DNA of 32,000 nucleotides, taken from the NCBI RefSeq assembly GCF_051201565.1, contig NZ_CP179200.1, forward strand, positions 1,110,001 through 1,142,000, written 5' to 3'. Numbering within the stretch: position 1 is the stretch's first letter; every line of letters begins with the position of its first letter. The translations under genes and the position numbers were made by a program. Below the pieces are notes generated by a model. The model saw nothing but the letters and a program-made list of their open reading frames with translations, did not search any database and was not told where the DNA came from. The DNA is from Pseudothioglobus sp. nBUS_23. GTDB taxonomy: Bacteria > Pseudomonadota > Gammaproteobacteria > PS1 > Pseudothioglobaceae. This document shows, piece by piece, positions 9,121 through 17,385 of this stretch.

Positions 9121-10692
9121 TTAAGATTTTTGGAACATGGCAAGCATACGCTTTGTTACTAAGAAACCACCAAATATATTGATGCCAGCTAAAAATAAAG
9201 AAACTGCTGCGAGTATGAAAACTGTATAGCTTGTTGATCCTATTTGCAGAAGTGCTCCCAATATAATTATTGACGAAATGGCATTGGTGACAGCCATAAG
9301 AGGGGTATGCAGTGAGTGGCTGACATTCCAGATCACCTGAAATCCCACAAAAACTGACAAAATAAATACAATAAAATGTTGCATAAAGCTAGCCGGTGCA
9401 TAGATACCAACCAGGAATATTAGGATGCCTCCAATAGTCAATAAGGCGACTTGATTTTTGGTTTGTTTTTTAAAGGCGGCAACTTCCTCAGCACGAATTT
9501 CTTCTGGGGTTTTTTCTTGGATTTTTTCTTTTGGCCTTGCTGCAATAGCCTGAACTTTTGGTGGAGGCGGTGGATAGGTAATTTCACCATCATGAACTAC
9601 TGTAGCCCCGCGGATAATGTCGTCCTCCATGTTATGCACAATCACGCCATCTTTTTCTGGAGTTAAATCTGCAATCATGTGTCTAATATTGCTAGCATAA
9701 AGCATACTGGCTTGCTCAGCCATTCGACTTGGAAAGTCGGTGTAACCAATAATGACTACGCCATTATCAGTAACGATGCGCTCATCCATCTCAGTAAGCT
9801 TACAGTTGCCGCCTTTTTCAGCAGCTAAATCGACTATTACAGAACCCGGCTTCATGCTAGCAACCATGTCTGGTGTCCAAAGCTCAGGCGCCTCTCGATT
9901 TGGGATCAATGCTGTTGTAATGACAATATCTATTTCAGGCGCGATCTCACGAAACTTTGACAATTGCGCTGCTGAAAACTCAGGTGATGATACAGAGGCA
10001 TATCCACCAGTCGATGCACCATCTTCTTGTTCACTCTCAAACTCAAGGAAAACGAATTCAGCGCCCATAGATTCAACCTGTTCAGCGACCTCTGGTCTTA
10101 CGTCAAATGCATAAGTGATTGCCCCAAGTGACGTTGAAGTTCCAATCGCTGCAAGTCCAGCAACGCCGGCTCCAACAACCAAAACCTTTGCCGGTGGCAC
10201 CTTACCCGCAGCGGTCACTTGACCTGTGAAAAATCGACCAAAGTTGTTACCAGCCTCAATCACAGCGCGATACCCTGCGATATTTGCCATAGATGACAGC
10301 GCATCCATTTTTTGTGCTCTACTAATGCGAGGAACCATGTCCATGGCGATGACACTAATCTGTTTGGACTTTGCCAGATCCATCAGTGATTCATTTGCTG
10401 ATGGATTAAAGAATGAAATAAGGGTTTTTTTGGAAGGGAGATTGCTTAGCTCATGCTCACTTGGAGAACGAACCTTAACAATTAAATCACTTGCCTCAGA
10501 GAGCGCATCTGCAGAAGTCAAAATTTCAACGCCTTCAGCTTTGTACTTTTCATCACTAAAGCCAGCTGATAGTCCTGCACCTTTCTCAATTAGGCAGTTA
10601 TGGCCAAGCTTTTGCAGCTGTGCTGCACTTTCAGGAGTTAGGGCAACGCGCTGTTCACCTTTAGTAGTTTCTTTTAAAGCCCCAATTTTCAT
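9121..10692 (-). CDS. pntA: NAD(P) transhydrogenase subunit alpha
   Basis: 523 aa. It has the dI alanine-dehydrogenase-like domain ([36 protein letters not shown]), the ITYPPPPP linker also present in E. coli PntA, and 4 C-terminal TM helices ([13 protein letters not shown]). Confidence 0.95.
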   Translation of the reverse strand: MKIGALKETTKGEQRVALTPESAAQLQKLGHNCLIEKGAGLSAGFSDEKYKAEGVEILTSADALSEASDLIVKVRSPSEHELSNLPSKKTLISFFNPSANESLMDLAKSKQISVIAMDMVPRISRAQKMDALSSMANIAGYRAVIEAGNNFGRFFTGQVTAAGKVPPAKVLVVGAGVAGLAAIGTSTSLGAITYAFDVRPEVAEQVESMGAEFVFLEFESEQEDGASTGGYASVSSPEFSAAQLSKFREIAPEIDIVITTALIPNREAPELWTPDMVASMKPGSVIVDLAAEKGGNCKLTEMDERIVTDNGVVIIGYTDFPSRMAEQASMLYASNIRHMIADLTPEKDGVIVHNMEDDIIRGATVVHDGEITYPPPPPKVQAIAARPKEKIQEKTPEEIRAEEVAAFKKQTKNQVALLTIGGILIFLVGIYAPASFMQHFIVFILSVFVGFQVIWNVSHSLHTPLMAVTNAISSIIILGALLQIGSTSYTVFILAAVSLFLAGINIFGGFLVTKRMLAMFQKS

Positions 10693-10751
10693 AATTTTCG
10701 TCCTTTTATGACGCGGTCTTTCACCGTATTAAAATGTTTCTATTAGATACT

Positions 10752-10817
10752 CAATAGAATTTTTATTAACAATCCCATTTCAGCCACTTATTTTTTTCAG
10801 CAACACAATAGAATTTT
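10752..10817. repeat. Two copies of a 12-nt direct repeat CAATAGAATTTT (10752-10763 and 10806-10817) in the pntA upstream region
   Basis: The exact 12-mer occurs twice, 54 nt apart (about 5 helical turns), 60-125 nt upstream of the pntA start. An inverted ATAGAAT copy lies near 10883. The repeat itself is certain; its function is unknown. Confidence 0.35.
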
Positions 10818-10824
10818 ATCATAC

Positions 10825-10859
10825 TATCTAGAAATAGATATATATGTTTTCATATATAT
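10825..10859 (-). terminator. Two adjacent AT-only hairpins downstream of the quinone-oxidoreductase gene (possible weak terminator)
   Basis: TATCTA-gaaa-TAGATA (10825-10840) and ATATATATG-tttt-CATATATAT (10838-10859) lie about 80 nt after the stop at 10939. There are no GC pairs and no clean U-tract. Confidence 0.25.
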
Positions 10860-10938
10860 GATAATTTAACCTTAGCCTCTTATTCTATCAAAATAGTTTA
10901 ATTTATACCCATACAAAATTACTGGTCATAAATGAAGT

Positions 10939-11946
10939 CTATTCACGAATTTTTACAACTACTTTACCTTTTGCGTGCCCTTTAGATAGATATTCAAGAG
11001 CTTGAATACTTTCAGAAAATTTATAAGTCTTATCTATTATCGGCTTGATTGCACCTGATTCATACAACTTTGCAATCTTCTTTAACTGCTCACCATTTGG
11101 AGACATATACAAAAACCTATATGATGCATTCATTTTTGATGCTGCTTTAAATACTTTTCTTGCTTGAAAAGCTATGATCATCTGAATTAGCTTATTTAAT
11201 CCTAATTGTTTAGCAGTAATACTATCAACAGTACCCTTAATAGATACCACCCTTCCTTCATCTTTTAACACCTTGAAAGAATCCATAGTGTGATTTCCTC
11301 CAAGAGTGTCATAGACCACATCAAAAACAGAACCTTCATCGAGGTAGTTTTGTGAAGTGTAATCAATCACTTTACCAGCCCCTAATTCTTTCACAAATGA
11401 AATATTTTTAGTGCTGGTTGTGGTAGTCACATTTGCCCCAAGATGCTTAGCGAGCTGAATAGCGAAAGTACCAATTCCTCCAGATCCTGCATGAATTAAT
11501 ACGTTTTCTCCTTTTGAGAGTTTTGCTATATCTACAAGTGCCTGGTAAGTTGTAAGACCAACAAGTGGAATACTTGCAGACTCATCAAAGCTTAGGTTTG
11601 ATGGTATTAGTGCAGTATCTTTAACATTTGACAGAACATATTCGGCCATAGTTCCAACAAAGCTCTCGTTGATTCTCGAATAAACCTTGTCTCCAATCTT
11701 AAATTTTCTTACATTTTTGCCGACCTCCTCAACGATGCCACTTACATCTCTCCCAATTCCTGCTGGAAAGGAAACCTTGCCCATGGCTTTATAATCACCT
11801 TTAACTATCATGTGGTCAATAGGGTTGAAGCTTGAAGAATAAGTCCTAATTAAAATTTGATTTGCTTCTACTAATGGTTTTGGAATATCTTGCTCCTCTA
11901 GGCTTGAATTGATGTCTCCGTATTTTGTGATCATTAATGATTTCAT
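10939..11946 (-). CDS. Zinc-independent MDR-family NADPH:quinone oxidoreductase / alcohol dehydrogenase-like protein
   Basis: 335 aa with a GroES-like N-terminal domain plus a Rossmann motif (VLIHAGSGGIGTFAIQLAK) typical of Qor/zeta-crystallin MDRs. It is divergent from an HxlR regulator. Confidence 0.85.
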   Translation of the reverse strand: MKSLMITKYGDINSSLEEQDIPKPLVEANQILIRTYSSSFNPIDHMIVKGDYKAMGKVSFPAGIGRDVSGIVEEVGKNVRKFKIGDKVYSRINESFVGTMAEYVLSNVKDTALIPSNLSFDESASIPLVGLTTYQALVDIAKLSKGENVLIHAGSGGIGTFAIQLAKHLGANVTTTTSTKNISFVKELGAGKVIDYTSQNYLDEGSVFDVVYDTLGGNHTMDSFKVLKDEGRVVSIKGTVDSITAKQLGLNKLIQMIIAFQARKVFKAASKMNASYRFLYMSPNGEQLKKIAKLYESGAIKPIIDKTYKFSESIQALEYLSKGHAKGKVVVKIRE

Positions 11947-11995
11947 ATTTGCCTCTAAATTAACTAAATTAAAAAAAATGATTATTTTAGTTGTA

Positions 11996-12016
11996 TGTAC
12001 TATAATTACAAGTACA
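11996..12016. promoter_or_regulatory. Candidate operator: inverted repeat TGTACT-N9-AGTACA overlapping a perfect TATAAT in the qor/hxlR divergent intergenic region
   Basis: The arms are 6 bp (11996-12001 and 12011-12016). The spacer contains TATAAT (12001-12006, + strand), 47 nt upstream of the hxlR ATG. Confidence 0.3.
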
Positions 12017-12052
12017 CACGAAATTTATACTACTAATATAAAACATACTATA

Positions 12053-12361
12053 ATGAGTAAAATTAATGAAAATGAATCTCCTACAACTGCTGCTATTAAG
12101 CTTATTGGAGGAAAATGGAAGCTCTGTATTCTTTGGCAATTATCACAAAAGAAAATGCGTTTTGGAGAGCTACAAAGAGCTGTTGGTGACATTACTCAAC
12201 AAATGCTCTCGAAGCAATTAAAAGAAATGTCAAAAGACAATCTAATCAAAAGAAAGGTTTATGAAGTCATTCCACCTAAAGTTGAATACTCTTTAACTGC
12301 TTTTGGAAAATCTGGAATCCCAGTTCTCATTGAGCTTTGTAATTGGGCTAGTAAAAAATAA
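12053..12361 (+). CDS. HxlR-family (DUF24) winged-helix transcriptional regulator
   Basis: The typical family core is present: AIKLIGGKWKLCILWQLSQKKMRFGELQRAVGDITQQMLSKQLKEMSKDNLIKRKVYEVIPPKVEYSLTAFG. The ORF-track start at 11909 overlaps the divergent gene, so the ATG at 12053 was chosen. Confidence 0.85.
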   Translation: MSKINENESPTTAAIKLIGGKWKLCILWQLSQKKMRFGELQRAVGDITQQMLSKQLKEMSKDNLIKRKVYEVIPPKVEYSLTAFGKSGIPVLIELCNWASKK

Positions 12362-12362
12362 T

Positions 12363-12878
12363 TTGCTAGCAATTAATACAGCCAGACTGGTATTAAAAAG
12401 ACCTGACAGGTCAATTAAGAATGCTCTTTTTGCTTCTCTTGTAGGCGACTGGGATATTGCTAAATGGTTATCTGATGTGCCCTATCCTTATACCGAGAAG
12501 CATGCTGAAAAATTTATAAAAAGGTCAAGCCCTGATGATTTAAGATTTAGTGTCTTTTATGACAACATATTGGTTGGGGGAGTTGGGGTAAGTTTTGAAG
12601 ACCATAATCAACTGGATCTTGGTTATTGGATTGCAAAGGATTATTGGGGCTATGGATTTGCGACTGAAGCATCAATGGGCTTAATTGAATACATAAAAAA
12701 AGAAACAAACTTTAAAGCTATCACTGCATGCTACGTTAAGGGTAACAAAGCATCTGCAAATGTTCTTAACAAACTTGGTTTCATAGAGATAGGAGAATGC
12801 GAAGAGTACTTTCTTTCTAGAAAAAAGACAATGGATTGTGTCGATTTAATTCTAGACCTAGATAGACAATCTAACTAA
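12363..12878 (+). CDS. GNAT-family N-acetyltransferase (RimJ/RimL-like)
   Basis: The family-typical N-terminus (INTARLVLKRPD) and an acetyl-CoA region (WIAKDYWGYGFATEA..., NKASANVLNKLGF) are present. There is no in-frame ATG near the 5' end. Candidate starts are TTG at 12303, 12330 or 12363. I chose 12363 because it lies just past the hxlR stop, so the start is uncertain. Confidence 0.7.
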   Translation: MLAINTARLVLKRPDRSIKNALFASLVGDWDIAKWLSDVPYPYTEKHAEKFIKRSSPDDLRFSVFYDNILVGGVGVSFEDHNQLDLGYWIAKDYWGYGFATEASMGLIEYIKKETNFKAITACYVKGNKASANVLNKLGFIEIGECEEYFLSRKKTMDCVDLILDLDRQSN

Positions 12879-13293
12879 GTTTTTTTGACATCTTGATGTG
12901 ATCGATACCAGCCTCTTCATATATATCACCTTCACAATCAAAACCAAGATCTAAATAGAATCCGTGTGCATGCCACTGTGATGAAAGCCATAGCTTTTCT
13001 AATTTAGCCTCCTCTGCCCATTGAATGAGTTCTTGCATCATTAATTTACCAATACCTAGTCCTCGATGCTTCTTAAGCACTGCAACCCTTCCAATATGGC
13101 CATCACTCAGAATCCTGCCCGTACCAATTGCTTCATTATCTAAATATACCAAAACATGTTTTGCTTCATCATCGAGACCATCAATTTCAAGCTCTTCAGG
13201 TACATTCTGCTCATCGACAAAGACTTCAAACCTGATTTTACAGATGTCCTTTTCGTTGTCTTGATAGCTGCAAATAATTGATTTAGTATTCAT
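12871..13293 (-). CDS. GNAT-family N-acetyltransferase (small, ElaA/YjcF-like)
   Basis: 140 aa with acetyl-CoA binding motif A (VAVLKKHRGLGIGKLMMQELIQWA). Its 3' end overlaps the convergent GNAT by 8 nt. Confidence 0.85.
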   Translation of the reverse strand: MNTKSIICSYQDNEKDICKIRFEVFVDEQNVPEELEIDGLDDEAKHVLVYLDNEAIGTGRILSDGHIGRVAVLKKHRGLGIGKLMMQELIQWAEEAKLEKLWLSSQWHAHGFYLDLGFDCEGDIYEEAGIDHIKMSKKLS

Positions 13294-13312
13294 TTAATAA
13301 GTTGAGTTATGC

Positions 13313-13942
13313 TCAGACAAAAAATAGATTAATTGCTAGAGCAAAATATACCAAAGCTGCAAGCTTATTTATATTTTTATTTATGGTGCTAGATTTCTTT
13401 AGATAGTCCTCAAGGAAGCTTCCAAGAAACGCTACAGATGAAAAAACGCATAAAGCACTCAAAATAAATAGAAACCCTAGAATAAAGATTTGTATTGTTA
13501 CGCTCCCATCTATAGGGTTAACAAACTGAGGCAGAAAAACCAAGAAAAAAAGTGCAACCTTTGGGTTGGTCAAATTCATCACTATCCCAGTAATATAATA
13601 GGATCGGTTGACATTGTCAGCTCCACTTGAACCTATCTTTAACTCATTACTCTGAAGGGAAAGCCAACCTAAATACACAAGGTAGCATGCACCAAGAATC
13701 TTCAGACCATTGAACGCAAGTGCACTGGTTTGAAATATGACGCTAACACCTATAGCAACGAGGATTGTGTGGCCGATAAGCCCGGTGCACAAACCTAATG
13801 TGGTGAAGAAACCAACCTTCCAGCCCTTTAGTGCTGAATTGGTCATGACGAAAATATTATCTGGACCCGGAACAAGGCTTAGGACAACTGAAGCCATAAC
13901 AAATGCGATAATCGTTTCTATACCAAGGATCTCAAACATCAT
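13313..13942 (-). CDS. LysE/RhtB-family amino-acid exporter
   Basis: 209 aa, about 6 TM segments, with the N-terminal family signature SLVPGPDNIFV and NLTNPKVALFF. Confidence 0.85.
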   Translation of the reverse strand: MMFEILGIETIIAFVMASVVLSLVPGPDNIFVMTNSALKGWKVGFFTTLGLCTGLIGHTILVAIGVSVIFQTSALAFNGLKILGACYLVYLGWLSLQSNELKIGSSGADNVNRSYYITGIVMNLTNPKVALFFLVFLPQFVNPIDGSVTIQIFILGFLFILSALCVFSSVAFLGSFLEDYLKKSSTINKNINKLAALVYFALAINLFFV

Positions 13943-13958
13943 TCAATTCTTTCATTTA

Positions 13959-14372
13959 TTAAAAAGTAAAAACCTCAGAGGGGTTTCGATAGGCTTTAAA
14001 TTCAAGGGCATTCCCTGAATAATCTTCGAAAAACATGGTGGCCTGCTCCCCAGGAAGCCCCTTAAATCTGACATGAGGGTCAACAATAAATGTCATTCCT
14101 TTAGATTGAAGTTTGGCCGCCAAGTCATAAAAAATGCCCCACTCTATAACGCACCCATAGTGTGGCATTGGGACAGAGATATCATCAACACTTGAATTAG
14201 TTTTACATCTTTGTACGACCCCACCAACGTGAAGCGAGAGCTGATGACCAAAAAAGTTAAAATCAACCCAGGTATCCGTACTTCTACCCTCCTCGCAACC
14301 TAACAACTCTCCGTAGAACTGTCTTGTTGAATCTAAATCTTTGACTGTGAAAGCTAAATGAAAAATTTGCAT
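13959..14372 (-). CDS. VOC (glyoxalase/bleomycin-resistance/extradiol dioxygenase) family protein
   Basis: 137 aa. FHLAFTVKDLDSTRQFYGELLG at the N-terminus and GNALEFK near the C-terminus are typical VOC beta-alpha-beta-beta-beta modules. Confidence 0.8.
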   Translation of the reverse strand: MQIFHLAFTVKDLDSTRQFYGELLGCEEGRSTDTWVDFNFFGHQLSLHVGGVVQRCKTNSSVDDISVPMPHYGCVIEWGIFYDLAAKLQSKGMTFIVDPHVRFKGLPGEQATMFFEDYSGNALEFKAYRNPSEVFTF

Positions 14373-14384
14373 AAATACAGAGTG

Positions 14385-15005
14385 TTAAGTGGTACCCATA
14401 ATCAATCCAACAACAATTAAAGTTGAACCTGTCAATCTATTTTGCCATAATATTTTTTTGGGATCAGCCAGTAAAGTCTTTGATATTTCAGCAAGGGTTA
14501 CATACCCAGCCATAACGAGTAGGTCAATAACAATTAATGTTGCAGTAAAGATAATGCAAGTAGATAGCTTGAGAGCAGTTAAGTCGATAAATAATGGTAT
14601 TAGTGCAAGAAAAAATACAGTGCCCTTGATATTAGTTAAGTTTACAAAAAAGCCTTGTAAAAGAGCCTTTATAGGATTAAAGGTAAGGCTGCCGTGATCT
14701 TCATTAGTATCTATCTGTTCAATTTTTTTTAGCCACTGCATAATTCCTAGAACTATTAGATATAGCATTCCCAATATTTTTATAATTATGAATACTGAAG
14801 GGAATTGATTGATTAGAACGCCCAAACCAAATAGCAAAAACAGAATTTGACTGATTAGCCCTAATTGTAGTCCAGCAACTGAAAACATAGCTCTTTTGAA
14901 TCCATACTGGGTTCCTTGACTGATTGAAAATATAGCCCCTGAACCAGGCGAAATGCTTATGAATAGAGCTGATGCTAACAACCCAAGCCAGACAGTAAGT
15001 TCCAT
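14385..15005 (-). CDS. LysE/RhtB-family exporter (second, divergent paralogue)
   Basis: 206 aa, about 6 TM segments, with SISPGSGAIFS and NLTNIKGTVFF motifs equivalent to those of the neighbouring LysE gene. Confidence 0.8.
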   Translation of the reverse strand: MELTVWLGLLASALFISISPGSGAIFSISQGTQYGFKRAMFSVAGLQLGLISQILFLLFGLGVLINQFPSVFIIIKILGMLYLIVLGIMQWLKKIEQIDTNEDHGSLTFNPIKALLQGFFVNLTNIKGTVFFLALIPLFIDLTALKLSTCIIFTATLIVIDLLVMAGYVTLAEISKTLLADPKKILWQNRLTGSTLIVVGLIMGTT

Positions 15006-15025
15006 AGTTCTGTTATCTTAAAAAG

Positions 15026-15331
15026 TTAAGTATTTTCTGCATGACAGCTCCAGCAAAAATCGAATGATTGATCGTTCTCCTCTTTGCAGTTGTTGCATTG
15101 CCAGCTCTCTAAGTTGCCTTCATGGGATATAGAGTCGATGATTTGTTTTGCTTTATCAAAGTCATCCTTATTCAGCAACCAAACTTCTGGCCAGGTGTCA
15201 AAGGGGGCCAGTCCACCAGATGCACTTGATGCAAACTCGTTATTCAGTGTCACGTCAATATCATGACTCATGAGTACATTTTTAACATTAAGAACCATGA
15301 TACGATTTTCATTAGTGTAAATAAGTCTCAT
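15026..15331 (-). CDS. DUF2007-like small protein with a C-terminal CxxC...CxxC zinc ribbon
   Basis: 101 aa. The N-terminal part resembles the 'putative signal transducing protein' fold (ENRIMVLNVKNVLMSHDI). The C-terminus is WQCNNCKEENDQSFDFCWSCH. Confidence 0.55.
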   Translation of the reverse strand: MRLIYTNENRIMVLNVKNVLMSHDIDVTLNNEFASSASGGLAPFDTWPEVWLLNKDDFDKAKQIIDSISHEGNLESWQCNNCKEENDQSFDFCWSCHAENT

Positions 15332-15348
15332 TGCTAACTCAAACCTCT

Positions 15349-16704
15349 CTAGATAAAGAGCGCAGCTAGTCCTAAAAATGCAACAAAGCCAATGACATCA
15401 GTAATTGTTGTCAAAATAACTCCACCTGCAAGAGCTGGATCAATTCTCAGTTTTGAGAGAAGCAATGGAAGAAATGCGCCAGAAAAAGCTGCAACAATTA
15501 GATTAGTGATTATTGCTAGCGCGATTATGAGACTCAAAAGCAAGTCAGAGAACCAGTAATATGTAATAAGGCCTATTACCAGGGACCAAATAATTCCATT
15601 TAGTCCACTCACAGCAACCTCCTTATTGATTAAAGCCTTAATGTTTGCTGTTGTGACTTTTCCAGTTGCAATACCTCGAGTGACTATGATGAGCGTCTGA
15701 GTTCCAGCAATACCGCCCATACTGGCAACAACAGGCATAAGTATTGCAAGCGCTATTTTCTGCTGCAGTGTCGCCTCAAAAAGCCCAATAAAATACACAG
15801 CAATGAGAGCTGTGATTAGGTTGACGCCGAGCCAGACACTTCTTTTTTTTGAGCTGTGAATGATAGGAGCAAATACATCCTCATCCTCATCCAATCCAAC
15901 CATCGACATCACCGAGTGCTCAGCTTGATCTCTTATAACATCAACCACATCATCAATTGTAATTCTTCCAACCAGTTGGTTATCTTCATCGATAACTGGC
16001 GCTGAAATTAGATTTCTTTGTTCAAACAATAGCGCCACTTCTGACTCATCTGTCTCAGCGCTTACCGGTTTTGAAAAGTCATTGCTGATGAACTTTTCAA
16101 CCAATTGCTCTGGCTCTTCTGTCAAAAGTGATGTGATGAGAAGTGAGCCCAAGTAATTAAAGTTTCTATCAACCACAAAAACCTGGTCCGTATCAACTGG
16201 CATCTCTTTCAAAAGCCTTAGATATCTTATAACTGCTCTAATAGACACATCTGGACGGACAGTTATAAAGTCTGTATTCATAAGTCCACCAGCTGAATTT
16301 TCAGGATAACTGAGTACCTTATTAAGTCGCTCACGATGTTTAAAGTCCAGGGTTAATAAAAGACTATGGACTGCAGACTCAGGCATATTTGGCACAATGT
16401 CAGCTAAATCATCAGTATCTAACTTCTCTGTGGCTTTCACTAAGGAATCCACACTCATCTCAGCAATCAGCTGTGACTGTACGTCCTCGTTGACCTCCTT
16501 TAAGATTTCTCCCTGAACAGAAATTTCAATGCTTGGCCAAAGGATGGACCTATCTTTTGGCTGAATAGCCTCAAAGAGAAGTGCTATTTCTCCTGGATGA
16601 AGTTCTTTGATTTGATGTTTGGCCTCATCATGGTCAGATGCTTCTAGAGCAGTCATTAAATTTTGAAGGCTTACCTCGAAACTAGTAAGCTCTATCTCAG
16701 CCAT
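15349..16704 (-). CDS. mgtE: Magnesium transporter MgtE
   Basis: It has the MgtE N-domain, tandem CBS domains (FITVRPDVSI..., APVIDEDNQLVGRITIDDVVDV) and a 5-TM C-terminal domain (PVVASMGGIAGTQT, ITDVIGF). The ORF-track start at 16731 lies inside a 12-bp hairpin arm, so the ATG at 16704 (MAEIEL...) is preferred. Confidence 0.9.
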   Translation of the reverse strand: MAEIELTSFEVSLQNLMTALEASDHDEAKHQIKELHPGEIALLFEAIQPKDRSILWPSIEISVQGEILKEVNEDVQSQLIAEMSVDSLVKATEKLDTDDLADIVPNMPESAVHSLLLTLDFKHRERLNKVLSYPENSAGGLMNTDFITVRPDVSIRAVIRYLRLLKEMPVDTDQVFVVDRNFNYLGSLLITSLLTEEPEQLVEKFISNDFSKPVSAETDESEVALLFEQRNLISAPVIDEDNQLVGRITIDDVVDVIRDQAEHSVMSMVGLDEDEDVFAPIIHSSKKRSVWLGVNLITALIAVYFIGLFEATLQQKIALAILMPVVASMGGIAGTQTLIIVTRGIATGKVTTANIKALINKEVAVSGLNGIIWSLVIGLITYYWFSDLLLSLIIALAIITNLIVAAFSGAFLPLLLSKLRIDPALAGGVILTTITDVIGFVAFLGLAALFI

Positions 16705-16725
16705 AATTTTTATCCGTTGCGTGAC

Positions 16726-16754
16726 CTGCATAACAAGTAAGACTTGTTATGCAG
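16726..16754 (-). terminator. Perfect 12-bp stem-loop between hpf and mgtE (possible hpf terminator or processing site, or mgtE leader element)
   Basis: CTGCATAACAAG-taaga-CTTGTTATGCAG starts 30 nt downstream of the hpf stop. No U-tract follows on the minus strand, so its function is unclear. Confidence 0.45.
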
Positions 16755-16783
16755 TTATTACAACATATTATAATTTATATGGA

Positions 16784-17077
16784 CTAACCTCTGTGGTTAT
16801 GTAGTTTTTCTTTGTGTTTTATTATTTGAGTATCTAGTTTGTTAATTAACTGATCAATTGACACATACATGTCGTTACTTTGTGCTTTAGCAAACAAGTC
16901 AGCTCCCCTAACGTGAATTGTTGCTTCTGCGGTTTGAACGTCTTTTTGTACCTCTAAAATCATATTAACGTTCATAACATTGTCAAAGTGGTGTTTAATT
17001 TTTGAAAGCTTATCGCTTGTGTGTTGCCTGATGGCAGATGTAATATCGAGATGGTGACCAGAAAGGTTTAGTTGCAT
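16784..17077 (-). CDS. hpf: Ribosome hibernation promoting factor (short HPF/YfiA family)
   Basis: 97 aa. MQLNLSGHHLDITSAIRQHTSDKLSKI...ATIHVRGADLFA matches the sigma54-modulation/S30EA family. A strong AAGGAG RBS lies 5 nt upstream of the ATG. Confidence 0.9.
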   Translation of the reverse strand: MQLNLSGHHLDITSAIRQHTSDKLSKIKHHFDNVMNVNMILEVQKDVQTAEATIHVRGADLFAKAQSNDMYVSIDQLINKLDTQIIKHKEKLHNHRG

Positions 17078-17360
17078 TTTTACTCCTTAGATTAATGAAA
17101 TAAAATTGTTTTTCTTGCAACCATATTGTGTCATAAAAAGCACTCATAGTTTAACTTTTTTATATTGTATATTGACTAAATTACAGAAAGAATGAGTACC
17201 AAAATTAGGTTATAATATTGTGTTTATTATTTAAATAAGTTCTTACAGAGATGGTTTCATTAAGCACAAAAAGAAGACTTAATTCGCGAAGATCTTGTCT
17301 TCAATCCTATACCCAAGCGGTGGCTGTTTTGTCTTGAATGTAATAATATACCTAATTTCA

Positions 17361-17385
17361 AAAGCCCCAATTTGGGGCTTTTTTT
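17361..17385 (+). terminator. Intrinsic-terminator-like hairpin immediately upstream of argD (candidate attenuator, or the 3' end of an sRNA)
   Basis: aaaGCCCCa-att-tGGGGCttttttt has a 5-bp GC core plus flanking A:U pairs and a T7 run. It ends 22 nt before the argD ATG (17408). No + strand CDS lies upstream within ~330 nt. Confidence 0.6.

Noticed and set aside
9451-10711. Three sizeable + strand ORFs (9451-9666, 9752-10114, 10226-10711; up to 161 aa) antisense to pntA
   Set aside because: They lie entirely within the strongly supported pntA CDS. Their products are low-complexity Ser/Ala/Phe-rich with no recognisable domains, and no RBS is present. These are typical shadow ORFs opposite a relatively GC-richer gene.
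12363-13293. GNAT genes as possible GNAT-type toxin (TacT/AtaT-like) toxin-antitoxin modules
   Set aside because: No adjacent small RHH/DUF1778-type antitoxin ORF is present. One GNAT follows an HxlR regulator and the other ends a transporter string. The sequences look like ordinary RimJ-like and ElaA-like acetyltransferases.
17116-17133. Sigma-54-like element upstream of hpf (minus strand TGACAC-N-GGTTGCA)
   Set aside because: The -24 GG is GA, and the spacing between the -24 and -12 elements is 2 nt too long relative to TGGCAC-N5-TTGC. It does not qualify as an RpoN promoter.
17300-17307. TTCAATCC resembling a tRNA T-loop (GTTCGAATCC) in the hpf/argD spacer
   Set aside because: The flanking bases do not form a T-stem or acceptor stem, and no anticodon or D-arm can be drawn. 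It is not a tRNA or a recognisable tRNA remnant.
17335-17360. Possible ArgR ARG box(es) (TGAAT...ATTTCA) just upstream of the argD hairpin
   Set aside because: Only one TGAAT half-site matches. The partner half-site is about 14 nt away instead of 4, and no second 18-bp box follows at the canonical 3-bp spacing. The match to wnTGAATwwwwATTCAnw is poor.
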